A stretch of DNA of 64,000 nucleotides from a candidate division TM6 bacterium GW2011_GWF2_28_16 (GCA_001029715.1 CP011212.1:259407-323406); one strand, 5' to 3'. Positions 9,663 through 19,495 are shown, counted from the stretch's first letter. Made by a program: numbers and translations. The notes: generated by a model from the letters alone, not told the origin.

Positions 9663-10028
9663 TTATTTTGGAGTTTCTTCGGCTTCGACAAAGTCTTTGA
9701 TTAGGGCAACGATAAATTTGCCACCATCTTCGGTGGGGAAAAAGATGGATCTACTAGACTCATCAAAAGAAAGTTGTTTCCAATATTTTTCTAACCCGAG
9801 ACTATTTATTTCTGCAAATTCTGGCCATTTTTTTAAAATGGCTTCTAATTCTTCTGCATTATTAAATTTTTTATCAATTACCAACTCATCAAGAAAACGT
9901 TTTAACATTTTAAGTGTAGGAATGGTTACACGTTCAATATAAGTACCAGTTCCATCTTCTGGAGTTTTCTTTTTATCATATTTTTGAAGAAGCTTGCTTT
10001 CTAAATGAGCGCCTGTAATATTTTCCAT
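9663..10028 (-). CDS. Hypothetical protein, paralog of 6564-6938
   Basis: Paralogy; ATG at 10028 preferred because the track's GTG start lies inside the tRNA-derived repeat. Confidence 0.72.
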   Translation of the reverse strand: MENITGAHLESKLLQKYDKKKTPEDGTGTYIERVTIPTLKMLKRFLDELVIDKKFNNAEELEAILKKWPEFAEINSLGLEKYWKQLSFDESSRSIFFPTEDGGKFIVALIKDFVEAEETPK

Positions 10029-10052
10029 TTTTTTGTACCTTTCAAAATGTTG

Positions 10053-10115
10053 ATGCGGAGGCACTGCACTCTTCGAGTACTAGGCAGGTACTTTGTACTT
10101 GCCGTCGGGATTTGA
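10053..10115 (-). repeat. Duplicated tRNA-Ser(GCT) 3' end split by a 41-bp double-hairpin insert (10066-10106)
   Basis: ATGCGGAGGCACT|insert|GGGATTTGA equals 10172-10193 exactly once the insert is removed. Confidence 0.9.
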
Positions 10116-10134
10116 GAAATTCTATTTTCTATCA

Positions 10135-10174
10135 CATAGATAATCATCTCAGTTGCACTGAATGTTTATCTATG
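10135..10174 (-). terminator. Long hairpin immediately downstream of tRNA-Ser(GCT), possible terminator
   Basis: CATAGATAA...TCAGT-TGC-ACTGA...TTATCTATG inverted repeat. Confidence 0.5.
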
Positions 10175-10257
10175 CGGAGGCACTGGGATTTGAACCCAGG
10201 AACCCCGAAGGGTCAGGTTTAGCAAACCTGTGCAATTGGCCACTATGCGATGCCTCC
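10175..10257 (-). tRNA. tRNA-Ser(GCT)
   Basis: GGAGGCA/TGCCTCC acceptor, CAGGT-TTGCTAA-ACCTG anticodon arm, long variable arm, G73. Confidence 0.95.
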
Positions 10258-10442
10258 TTTTTAAAAATACTAGACGATTATAGCAGAAAGATTATTCTAA
10301 CTCTCTAGAATTTATTCCTTTTTTTCCGTACTTATATAAATTTAGTTTTTTAATTTTCATGCGCAGCTGTTTAGAAAGTTTGTTGAGTTTTTGCTTTAGA
10401 AAAAACGGAAACTTTCGTTAAGCAAGCATGAGAGTAAAAAAA

Positions 10443-12149
10443 TTAATGCATCTCCGAGCTTCTTTCTTTCAAGAAGTTTCTCCAAGATTCGATGACGCGA
10501 ATGGAGGTGGAGAATGGCAAATCAATAACGGCGGTGAAGAGGGCAGCAAAGATATTATATTTTTTCCACTGATTAGAAAACCATTGTCCAATTTTGGCTA
10601 AAGGAATGGAAAAGAGTTCGAGTAAAAATTCAGTAAAGCTGACGTGATCTTCGATAGTGATTTCTTTAGATTTTGATTTAATAGCCATGGCCGCGAAGAA
10701 GACCATTGCAACGTTGACGGTGTCGAGATACATGGAGGTCCAAGGTACGCGACCGATCTCAAAAATCCAGAAAATAAAACGCATGGCAGCTAGTCCGCAA
10801 AAAACAGAAATGGCAATAAAAACAAAATTAAGGACTTTATTTTTCTTACGGCGAAAATCGACTTCGTAAACATCTTCACTACTATGTTTATGGATAATTT
10901 TAGAAACCTCTCCTTGAACAATCTTTAAATTGCTGTCTTTTGGAGGGCGAATGACGATCACTAAAATAAACATTACTAAACTAGGAATAAGTAAATCTAC
11001 AAAAAGTGAAAGGATGCTAAATTCTTTACCAGCTAGTTTAGCAACTGGACCTTCAAAGATAATAAAACTGGCAATACCAGCTACAAAAATAGATAAAGTT
11101 GAATAAATAGCGGAACGGAAAAGGCGACTCTTAAGACTTTTCTTACGTTTAAAGTAAGCTTCTTTGATCATTTCCTTAAGTTCTTCTGGATTGGCTAATT
11201 TTTCTTTGACCACATCTGGAGTGTTATTGATTCTATCAAGTACATCACCAATAATGCGATAAGCTGCATCATATTTGCCAGCTAATTTGTAGAAATGTTT
11301 ACCTTCTTCACTATTGAGATCCTCTTCAATCTGTTGGCGAACTTCATGAACTTGTCTCATGACATTTTCTATACTTTCTTCTGTTTCTTCAACCCAGAAA
11401 GGATAGCGGATTTTAATGACATTATAAGAAATGATTGGATCATCAAAATTATAAAGAGTACGCATACTAGCGATATAAATTTGAATGAGGCGATCAAGGT
11501 CGCTCATTTTATCGCTGGGTAAAATGCGATTACGTTCAAAAATAACGTTAGTCATTAGATTAAGCAAGGCGTTTTCTTTAAAAGCTGGGGCTAAAACCTC
11601 TTCAATTTCGCAAGCGGCAACTTCTAGCATCCAGGTATAAAATTCCATTTTGTTTTTAACATGTTTCTTGCTTTGGGAGTTGGGAAGGTTGGAATTATCT
11701 AAAATACGAATGTATTTGGAAAGAATATTTTCGATTTCCTTGATTTGTTTTTTAGCAATTTTGCCATTGTCGAAGTAACCACTACGCATCAGCTCTAAAA
11801 TCATTGGTTCAGCCATTTCAGTGGCGTTCAAATTTGGAAGTATGCTAATTCCATAGAGTTCCGAAACTAAACGACGTTTAAGAATGCGTTCAATGGCTCC
11901 ACGACGCAATAAATTTTCTTCTTTCCAATCAATAACTTTTCTGACCTGTTCATAAACACTGGCAATTTTAGAAGCCAGTTCATCTACCTCAAGAGGGGAA
12001 ATAATTGCTCGATGTTGATACTCCCAGTCCATCTGGTATTGCTTAGTGTATTCTTTAGCGTAAGCAGAAAGCTCTCTAGGCTCAACAATCTTTTTTTCTT
12101 GCTTTACTTCTTCTACTTTTATTTCAGTTTGATTTTCGTTATCTGGCAT
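10443..12149 (-). CDS. Hypothetical protein with large soluble N-terminus and about 4 C-terminal TM helices
   Basis: Long ORF; ENLLRRGAIERILKRR block; ATG at 12149 preferred. Confidence 0.8.
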   Translation of the reverse strand: MPDNENQTEIKVEEVKQEKKIVEPRELSAYAKEYTKQYQMDWEYQHRAIISPLEVDELASKIASVYEQVRKVIDWKEENLLRRGAIERILKRRLVSELYGISILPNLNATEMAEPMILELMRSGYFDNGKIAKKQIKEIENILSKYIRILDNSNLPNSQSKKHVKNKMEFYTWMLEVAACEIEEVLAPAFKENALLNLMTNVIFERNRILPSDKMSDLDRLIQIYIASMRTLYNFDDPIISYNVIKIRYPFWVEETEESIENVMRQVHEVRQQIEEDLNSEEGKHFYKLAGKYDAAYRIIGDVLDRINNTPDVVKEKLANPEELKEMIKEAYFKRKKSLKSRLFRSAIYSTLSIFVAGIASFIIFEGPVAKLAGKEFSILSLFVDLLIPSLVMFILVIVIRPPKDSNLKIVQGEVSKIIHKHSSEDVYEVDFRRKKNKVLNFVFIAISVFCGLAAMRFIFWIFEIGRVPWTSMYLDTVNVAMVFFAAMAIKSKSKEITIEDHVSFTEFLLELFSIPLAKIGQWFSNQWKKYNIFAALFTAVIDLPFSTSIRVIESWRNFLKERSSEMH

Positions 12150-12197
12150 AAACAATTTCTTCAATCTTCAATAGATTATAGCAAATTTTTCTTTATA

Positions 12198-13079
12198 ATG
12201 AGCAACATGCCTGATAAATACACCGCCGTTTGGGTTTCCCACACATCTATTAGTGATTTTTTGCAGTGTCCTAGAGCATATTACCTCAAGAATGTTTATA
12301 AAGATCCAAAAACCAACCATAAAGTTCAATTAATGTCGCCACCTCTGGCGCTTGGTCAAGTAGTGCATAGTGTTCTTGAGTCTCTATCAGTTTTACCGAC
12401 CACAGAGCGTTTTAAAGAGTCATTAATTGTTAAATTTGAGCGTAAATGGAAAGAAGTCTCTGGCAAGAGAGGCGGATTTTTTGATGCAGAGACAGAAGAG
12501 CAATATAAAAATCGTGGCAAAGAAATGTTGCTTAAGGTTATGGAAAATCCTGGTCCTTTAACTGGTTTGGCAGTCAAAATTAAAGAGGATTTGCCACATT
12601 ATTGGTTATCTGAAGATGAGGGCATTATTCTTTGCGGCAAGATTGATTGGCTAGAATATCTCAAGGATAGTGACAGCGTCAATATTATTGATTTTAAGAC
12701 TAGTAAAAGCCAAGAAAACGACAGTTCTCTACAGTTACCAATTTATCATCTCTTAGTTCACAATTGCCAGCATCGCAGTGTCAGTAAAGCCAGTTATTGG
12801 TATTTAGGTCTTGATGAAATTGTGGAAAAAACTTTGCCAGATTTGGAAGAAGCTCATGATCAAATTCTCAAAATTGCCAAAGAAATGAAATTAGCTCGTC
12901 AACTGGAGCGTTTCAAATGTCCACATGGCGAAGACGGTTGTTTTGCTTGCAAACCTTTTGAAAAAATTATCCAAGGCGAAGCTGAGTTTGTGGGCGAAAA
13001 TGATTATCGTCAAGACATTTACGTCATGGAGCGATCCAAAAAAGAATTATCTAAAGAAGAAAATAGCGAGTTAATTTAG
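12198..13079 (+). CDS. PD-(D/E)XK nuclease (RecB/Cas4-like family)
   Basis: SHTSISDFLQCPRAYY, GKID..IIDFKT, QLPIY, C-terminal C..C..C; the track's start overlaps the opposite gene. Confidence 0.88.
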   Translation: MSNMPDKYTAVWVSHTSISDFLQCPRAYYLKNVYKDPKTNHKVQLMSPPLALGQVVHSVLESLSVLPTTERFKESLIVKFERKWKEVSGKRGGFFDAETEEQYKNRGKEMLLKVMENPGPLTGLAVKIKEDLPHYWLSEDEGIILCGKIDWLEYLKDSDSVNIIDFKTSKSQENDSSLQLPIYHLLVHNCQHRSVSKASYWYLGLDEIVEKTLPDLEEAHDQILKIAKEMKLARQLERFKCPHGEDGCFACKPFEKIIQGEAEFVGENDYRQDIYVMERSKKELSKEENSELI

Positions 13080-13080
13080 T

Positions 13081-13386
13081 TTATTTGCTAGGATCTAGAA
13101 CTAAATCCTTGAAGCGACCATCTCTAAGTAAAAGCGCAATGACTGCATAAACGGCAATATCTTGCCAATTTTCATAACAGCTCTCATTTTCAGGTTCAGC
13201 CCCAGTACTAGCCAAGTTTTGTAAACGACGTAGTTTGTCATTAATGCGGAAAATAATGCCCATCTCGCCATTGTCTAGAATGTTGTCTTTGCCGTAGTCT
13301 TTATTCTTTTTGATAAAAATCTTTAGCAATTTAGCTAATTCTTCGTCAAAAGCTTGATCTAGATGTTGTGGTTTGGTTTGAGGCAT
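13081..13386 (-). CDS. Nucleotide-modification-associated domain protein (DUF1599-like)
   Basis: KKNKDYG..RINDKLRRL..E...DIAVYAVI. Confidence 0.8.
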   Translation of the reverse strand: MPQTKPQHLDQAFDEELAKLLKIFIKKNKDYGKDNILDNGEMGIIFRINDKLRRLQNLASTGAEPENESCYENWQDIAVYAVIALLLRDGRFKDLVLDPSK

Positions 13387-13428
13387 AGCTAATATATTAA
13401 CAAATTTTTAATTTTTGACTAGACTAGT

Positions 13429-14607
13429 TTAATAATTAACGTGCAAATAATAAGAGTCAAAATTATCTGATTGTTTAACTCTGACATATTTTAAGACACC
13501 TCCACCACAGGCCATGCTACCTCTATATAATTCTCCATCTTTTACTGCTTTGACCGTTGCATTAGTGCTGACAATATCTATTCCAGTATGAATATCGTTG
13601 GCATAGCGAGAAGAATATGATGTTGAGCCGTACCCTTGTGTTACTCGGATTGAGTCATTTAGTGGCCAATTCCAGTTTCCACTTCCATTGCGTGCAGGAT
13701 CAATATTATCCCATATTAAGCCAATGTTTTTTAAAAGATCAAAAGGATTTCTACGGTTTCCATTTTGTGCAACTTCAAAATGTAGATGTGTCCCAGTGGA
13801 ACATGCAGATTTCCCTTGAATGATAGACGCCACTCTGTCTCCTTCTTTTATATCTCCGACTTTTACTTCTGTTCCCAAGCCAGCTACAATGCCACGAATA
13901 GCTGCTAATTCAGCCCGTGCAGCTGCTAATTTTTGTTGATAAACGGATTCATTGTTTTTTGTTTCTTTTAATAAATTATCTTTACTAGCTTTTTGAGAAT
14001 CTAGAATATTTTTTTGACTCTGCAATTCTTTTCTTTTTTGCTCTACCTCTGCTTGTTTAGTTTCTTTAAGATCTTTTTGTTGATTGTAAGTTAGTCGTTG
14101 TAACTCAGTCTTTTTCATAATGTCTAGGGTTTGTTCTTGAGCGACATTGACATAACGATATTGACTAATAAAACCATTAAAAGAGTCGGCTGCAAAAAGA
14201 TTATTTTTGTAAGGCAGGCGACTTTGTTTGTAGCTTTCACGAATTCTTTTGATCAGAATTTCACTCAAACGATTGAGAGAAATACCTAAACCTTCAATTC
14301 TTTCTGAAAGCTCGGTAATTTCTTTTTCCAAGGCATTGATTTCGGCAGCGGTTTGTTGAATTTTAAGACTTTGAACTCTAATTTGGCCATTAATAATATC
14401 GATGGTTGACTGGAGGGTATTAGCCTCTGATTGAGCTCTATTTACTTCTCCTTGCCAACATCCTTCAAGCTTTTCTAGACAATTTTCGTAATTATCAGAA
14501 CCTTCGGTGCAATTATATTGTTGATCACAATCCTCAGCTCTGACCACCGCTGGAGAGAACAAAAAAACAGCTAGTAGAATCAGAAAATAGCTTATAGTTT
14601 TTCTCAT
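13429..14607 (-). CDS. Coiled-coil M23 family peptidoglycan peptidase (EnvC/CwlO-like FtsEX partner)
   Basis: Signal peptide, long coiled coil, STGTHLHFEV, HTGIDI, YLHV; downstream of ftsEX. Confidence 0.85.
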   Translation of the reverse strand: MRKTISYFLILLAVFLFSPAVVRAEDCDQQYNCTEGSDNYENCLEKLEGCWQGEVNRAQSEANTLQSTIDIINGQIRVQSLKIQQTAAEINALEKEITELSERIEGLGISLNRLSEILIKRIRESYKQSRLPYKNNLFAADSFNGFISQYRYVNVAQEQTLDIMKKTELQRLTYNQQKDLKETKQAEVEQKRKELQSQKNILDSQKASKDNLLKETKNNESVYQQKLAAARAELAAIRGIVAGLGTEVKVGDIKEGDRVASIIQGKSACSTGTHLHFEVAQNGNRRNPFDLLKNIGLIWDNIDPARNGSGNWNWPLNDSIRVTQGYGSTSYSSRYANDIHTGIDIVSTNATVKAVKDGELYRGSMACGGGVLKYVRVKQSDNFDSYYLHVNY

Positions 14608-14609
14608 TT

Positions 14610-15479
14610 TTATCTTTTGAGCATGCGTGCTACAGCGCTGTAGCTTGCCACAATTCCAAGGAGAATGGCCAAGACAAGGCCGGCTGCGAACTGGTAGGCA
14701 AAGAATTGCCAAGCAATAGGGAAGTTAACGATGCCTGTCAAGAAGTTTTTAAGCCAAGGGTTGGCATAAAGCATCATTGCAAAATAAATGGCAAAAGCCA
14801 AAACGCTGGACATACTACTAACAATCATTGCTTCTAGTAGATAGGGACGATTGATGTAGGCATTATTAGCACCAACAAATTTCATAATTTGGATGTTTTT
14901 TCTCTTGGCTGAAATTTTCATGGAGATGGTGGTCATAATCATTAAAAAAGAAGCCACAGTCAGAGAAATTAGCAGGAACAAACCAACTAGGCGCATGGCA
15001 TTAGTCCAACGGACTAAATTATTAATCACATCTTCCTGAAGAACGACATCTTCAACGCTACTTTCTGCGAGGAGATCGTTTTTGATGGCTTCAAGGCTTT
15101 TAGCATTTGCAGCAGCAACCTCAACACTGGATGGCAAAATTTCCTCAGTAACTAACTCTAGAAGCAAGGGATCATCTTGGTTTTCTTTTTGATAGATTTG
15201 TAAGGCTTCTTGTTGAGTAACTATTTTAACTTCTTTGACGTAAGCTTTTTCTTTCATCTTTTGGCTTATTCGAGTTAAATCTTCACTTTTGGCTTCTAAC
15301 TTCAAAAAAGCAATTACCTGAGGCTGAGTCTCAAAAAAGGAGAGTACCTTTTCGCTCCCAATGGTTAATAGGGAAAAGCAGTAGGCAATAAAAAAAGTGA
15401 TTGTTAAAAGAAAAACAGTCAAAATACTTTGATAAGGTGAGCGACGAATTGCTACTAGAGCAGAATCAAGTGCTTTCAT
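14610..15479 (-). CDS. ftsX: Cell division permease FtsX
   Basis: 4-TM topology, IQIMKFVGA...RPYLLEA; follows ftsE. Confidence 0.9.
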   Translation of the reverse strand: MKALDSALVAIRRSPYQSILTVFLLTITFFIAYCFSLLTIGSEKVLSFFETQPQVIAFLKLEAKSEDLTRISQKMKEKAYVKEVKIVTQQEALQIYQKENQDDPLLLELVTEEILPSSVEVAAANAKSLEAIKNDLLAESSVEDVVLQEDVINNLVRWTNAMRLVGLFLLISLTVASFLMIMTTISMKISAKRKNIQIMKFVGANNAYINRPYLLEAMIVSSMSSVLAFAIYFAMMLYANPWLKNFLTGIVNFPIAWQFFAYQFAAGLVLAILLGIVASYSAVARMLKR

Positions 15480-16389
15480 TTTTTTTCTTTTCCTCTTTTT
15501 TATCTTTGCTTTTTTCTTTTTGATCGTTGTTTTTTATCTTCTTAGAGCCAATTTTAAGTTTCAACTTGGGGAAACTTAATCTGTCAGCGAGACTTAGTTT
15601 AGGCTTGGTTTCTTCTTTTTTAGTTTCTTCTTTGGCTAGTTTATCTAATTTTTCTTTAACTTTTTCTCTTTCTTCATCAATTTTTTCTTCCCCTACTGGT
15701 TCAGGGGTCGATTCATTTTGTTTCTTTGGCTCAGATTGTTCTTTTTTATCGAGATGAATGATTTTTCCTTTGCCAAGTTCATCTAAAACTAATTGATCAT
15801 GAGTCGCAAAGAGCAGAGTAGTGCCAAGTTCATTAATCTTTTTGAGAAGTCTGGTAATTTTAATAGTAGCTTCGCTGTCTAGATTCCCAGTTGGTTCATC
15901 AGCAAAAATAATTTTAGGACCAACTGACAGAGCTCTAGCAATACTAACTCGTTGAGCCTCTCCTCCTGACAGTTGTCTTGGGAATTGAAGGGCTTTGTCT
16001 GCTAGACCAATTAAATTAAGCAGATCGGTAACTCTAGATTCGATCTCTTCGTCTTTTTTATTACTGATGTAAAGGGGTAGAGCAATGTTTTCCCAGACGT
16101 TCATCTCCTCTATTAATTTATAATCTTGAAAGACGACGCCAATTTTTCGACGTAGCGCGGGAATTTCTGAATTTTTAAGTTGACTAAGTGGGGCATTTTC
16201 AAAAGTGATTTCTCCGCTTGTGGGGAGATATTCTCTAATGAGTAATTTCATTAGAGTGGTCTTGCCTGCTCCAGATGGTCCTGTGATGACCAAAAGATCA
16301 CCTTCATTAATTTCTAGATTCAAGTCAACGATGGCGGTTTGTTTATCAGCAAAAGACTTACTGACAGATGAAAAAACTATCATGGGCAC
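15466..16389 (-). CDS. ftsE: Cell division ATP-binding protein FtsE with a charged C-terminal tail
   Basis: [40 protein letters not shown]. Confidence 0.92.
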   Translation of the reverse strand: MPMIVFSSVSKSFADKQTAIVDLNLEINEGDLLVITGPSGAGKTTLMKLLIREYLPTSGEITFENAPLSQLKNSEIPALRRKIGVVFQDYKLIEEMNVWENIALPLYISNKKDEEIESRVTDLLNLIGLADKALQFPRQLSGGEAQRVSIARALSVGPKIIFADEPTGNLDSEATIKITRLLKKINELGTTLLFATHDQLVLDELGKGKIIHLDKKEQSEPKKQNESTPEPVGEEKIDEEREKVKEKLDKLAKEETKKEETKPKLSLADRLSFPKLKLKIGSKKIKNNDQKEKSKDKKEEKKKNEST

Positions 16390-16408
16390 GAAGTCTATTT
16401 AAGCATGT

Positions 16409-16990
16409 TTACTCTAAAGTTTGAATAGGAGCTTCTGCATCTACGTTGATTACTTCAACTCGACCTACATCCATGAACCAACCGGCTTTATCTGCCTTGA
16501 AGGTTTCACCGTAAATTTTGGCTTCAGTGCCAGCGAGTTTATCTAGATCGACAACAGAGGAAGTTAGGGCAACAGTTTGAGTTTCTCCACCTTCTCTTAG
16601 TAGTTTATGAGAGCCTTCGCCATCTACACCACCTTTTTCAATATAACCTGTAGCACTATCAGCAAAAGTATCTTTGTCTTGCACACCAAAAACATCTCCA
16701 TTTTTGATCTTACTGCCTTCTTCAATGGTGACATTTTGCATCAAAGAAGCAGTTCCCTTGCTCTTGAGCTTAAAAGCACCGAAACCAGTCATGATGCCAG
16801 CTAAAACAGCGACACTGCAAATGATAATAAAGGTTTTTTTGACTTTTTTGCTCATAAGATCTTGATTTTGCCTCAAATCTCTCATTTCGTCAACTCGATT
16901 TTGATTGACAGTTCCTATTTCTTGTCCAACTTGTTGTTCGACTTGTTGTTCTGATTGGTTTGATTGATCTTCTAATTGCATTTTATACAT
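16409..16990 (-). CDS. Hypothetical single-TM protein
   Basis: One TM helix followed by a beta-rich domain. Confidence 0.7.
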   Translation of the reverse strand: MYKMQLEDQSNQSEQQVEQQVGQEIGTVNQNRVDEMRDLRQNQDLMSKKVKKTFIIICSVAVLAGIMTGFGAFKLKSKGTASLMQNVTIEEGSKIKNGDVFGVQDKDTFADSATGYIEKGGVDGEGSHKLLREGGETQTVALTSSVVDLDKLAGTEAKIYGETFKADKAGWFMDVGRVEVINVDAEAPIQTLE

Positions 16991-17015
16991 ATCTTTTTAT
17001 TTTAGACCAATTTAC

Positions 17016-18071
17016 TTAGTTTTTTCCATAATGAATAAAACTAAGTACAAATTGATCCAAATCCCCGTCCAAAACACTGCTACTTTGGCTAGTTTCTACT
17101 TGAGTGCGAGTGTCTTTAACTAATTGATAAGGATGAAGAACATAATTGCGGATTTGAGTCCCCCAACTAGCATTTTGGTGCTGACCTTTGGCACTTTGCA
17201 ATTCGTTTTCAAGTCTTTCTTCTTCGATTTTAGCTAATTTGGCTTTAAGCATTTTAATTGCTCTTTCTCGGTTTTGAATTTGACTGCGCTCTTCACGACA
17301 TTTAACGGTAATATTACTTGGTACATGGGTTAATTCTACTGCAGAGCTAGTTTTATTAACTGACTGTCCGCCAGCCCCACCAGCACGAGTAAAATTCCAT
17401 TCAAGATCGCTATCCTTGATCTCAATATCATTTTGTTGGTCAAGTAGAGGTAAAACTTCAACCAGAGCAAAAGAAGTTTGTCTGAGACTATCAGCATTGA
17501 AAGGACTTTGGCGCACCAAGCGATGAGTGCCTTGTTCGCCTTTGAGATAGCCATAGGCGTATTCTTCTTCAATTTCGAAAACTGCTTCTTTGATGCCAGC
17601 ATCTTCTCCCCTAATTTCTGAAACAAATCTATATTTCCAGCCTTTTCTCTCGAAATAGCGCTGATACATACGCTTCATCATCTCTGCCCAGTCCATAGCT
17701 TCAGTGCCACCTTGACCAGGATGGATAGAAAGAATGGCGTAAGAACGATCATATTTGCCACTGAGATATTGTTTAAGTTCAGCTTCTTTAAAAATCTTTT
17801 CTAGGTTTTTGGCAATTCTTTCAGAGTCTTCACTGAGTTCTAGTTCAATGGCGGCTTCTAAATCATCACAAAGTTTTTCTAAAACTTCCAAGCTTTTAAC
17901 TTCTTTTTGCAAAGCAGAAAGTAGTTGCATCTTAGTTCTAGAATCTTCAGTTTGCCAGAAGTCTTCTCTTTCACTTTCTTTTTCGATTATTCCAATTTCA
18001 GCTTTTTTTTCTATCAATTTAGAATCAAGCAAAAGTTTGCGACAATTGGCGATTAAAGTGTCTTGGTCCAT
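17016..18071 (-). CDS. prfB: Peptide chain release factor 2
   Basis: GGTEAMDW, HRLVRQSPF (SPF motif), GGQ, WGTQIRNYVLHPY. Confidence 0.96.
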   Translation of the reverse strand: MDQDTLIANCRKLLLDSKLIEKKAEIGIIEKESEREDFWQTEDSRTKMQLLSALQKEVKSLEVLEKLCDDLEAAIELELSEDSERIAKNLEKIFKEAELKQYLSGKYDRSYAILSIHPGQGGTEAMDWAEMMKRMYQRYFERKGWKYRFVSEIRGEDAGIKEAVFEIEEEYAYGYLKGEQGTHRLVRQSPFNADSLRQTSFALVEVLPLLDQQNDIEIKDSDLEWNFTRAGGAGGQSVNKTSSAVELTHVPSNITVKCREERSQIQNRERAIKMLKAKLAKIEEERLENELQSAKGQHQNASWGTQIRNYVLHPYQLVKDTRTQVETSQSSSVLDGDLDQFVLSFIHYGKN

Positions 18072-18085
18072 ATCTAATCTGTATT

Positions 18086-19495
18086 CTAATCGAAGATCAT
18101 GCTTTGATCACTAGTGAGTTCAAAATTCTTACTTTGATCTTGATAATTAATAGAGTAAGTTGTTGCTTGTAGTCCCGATTGCTTCTGAATAAAAATGCTT
18201 TTTTGTTCTTCTACTCCAAGTTCACTTTTAAGATTTATTTCTATTTTGCTCTGGCCTTTTGCCAACACTGGAGCTAAAAAGCCAACCTCTCGCCATTTTT
18301 GGCCGTCTTTTGTTTCCATCACTCTTTGATCAATTTGAGCAATTTCTTGGTCATCGATTAAAACACTGACAAGGTTATTATTTGGTTTAATGTAAAGTCG
18401 TTGATAGTTAATGTAAGGTAATTGATTATTATTTTGGAACTTAATGCTGAGTTTTTGCTGATTTTCATCAATATTTATATTGACTTGGCGCTCTACCAAT
18501 CTATTTGTTTTGTTAATGCCGACATTACTTTCCACGAGGAAATAATAAAGTTCTTGATTATTGTCGTACATTTTGCCATCTAGCTGCCTTCTACTTAGAA
18601 TCTCAGCAATTTCCTGATCTTTGCTATGGATCTGAATATCTTTGCTTTGTAGCAGATTTTTTGCTAAGGCGAGATAGGCTTGGGGATTTTCTTTAATGGA
18701 TTGACTGAGTTTTAGCTTAAAGATTTTTAAGAAATGATTAAGAAAATTAGCTTTTTCTTGTGAACCGGGAAAGAATTCACTACGATCTTCTCTGGCAATT
18801 TCTGCAAAATTATATTGGTCAACACTTTTGTCATAGTCTGGTAAATAAATCTCTCCAGTAATAGCTAAAAGTTTTTCAACTGCGTTTAAATTAATAGCGA
18901 TCACTCCTTGGTAATCTTTTTGTTCGGTCTCCTTGAAAAAATAAAGAACTTGCTCGGCTGAATCAGGAAAATTAGGCCACCAGTTGGAGTCTGGCAATCT
19001 CATCCCTTGACCAGAACTCAAATATTCATCTAAACCTTTTGGTGCTTCTAGAAATCCTTTAAATTGTCCATCTGGTACATAAATATCTTGGATTTTAAAA
19101 GGAGTGAATTGGCCATTTTTAATTTCTAAAGTAGAAAATGAGCCAAGAAAGCCACCGCTTGCTCTTAGCTCATCGCTGTTTTGTAAAATAATAATGTAGT
19201 TTTGATTTTCGTTAAGGAATTTTTTGCTGACTAAAAGCAAATCATTGCTAATGGATTTGAATTCATTTAATTGCTTTATATCAATTTTATTTAATTTATT
19301 ATTTATTTTTTCTAAATTTTTGATTATTTTTTCTGCTAAATCACGATCACTTGTTTCGCCACTCATTACCTGATTAAAATATTTTTGAGAGTCCTTTTGG
19401 AGAGATGAAAAAAGTAAGTAATTCCTAAAAATTCCTAAGACTAGAAAAAAAGATAAACTTGAAAAAACTATAAGTATAATAAGAGGTTTTTTCAT
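18086..19495 (-). CDS. DUF4012-like exported protein
   Basis: LQNSDELRASGGFLGS, DSNWWPNFPDSA, NVGINKTN. Confidence 0.8.
   Translation of the reverse strand: MKKPLIILIVFSSLSFFLVLGIFRNYLLFSSLQKDSQKYFNQVMSGETSDRDLAEKIIKNLEKINNKLNKIDIKQLNEFKSISNDLLLVSKKFLNENQNYIIILQNSDELRASGGFLGSFSTLEIKNGQFTPFKIQDIYVPDGQFKGFLEAPKGLDEYLSSGQGMRLPDSNWWPNFPDSAEQVLYFFKETEQKDYQGVIAINLNAVEKLLAITGEIYLPDYDKSVDQYNFAEIAREDRSEFFPGSQEKANFLNHFLKIFKLKLSQSIKENPQAYLALAKNLLQSKDIQIHSKDQEIAEILSRRQLDGKMYDNNQELYYFLVESNVGINKTNRLVERQVNINIDENQQKLSIKFQNNNQLPYINYQRLYIKPNNNLVSVLIDDQEIAQIDQRVMETKDGQKWREVGFLAPVLAKGQSKIEINLKSELGVEEQKSIFIQKQSGLQATTYSINYQDQSKNFELTSDQSMIFD

Noticed and set aside
12198-13079. Cas4/CRISPR locus
   Set aside because: No repeat-spacer array or other cas genes seen in the window
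15466-15760. Lys/Glu-rich FtsE tail as a repeat or frameshift
   Set aside because: In-frame low-complexity extension ending in normal overlap with ftsX
17016-18071. Programmed +1 frameshift in prfB
   Set aside because: The ORF is continuous from an ATG and no CTT-TGA-C site is needed; frameshift-less prfB is known
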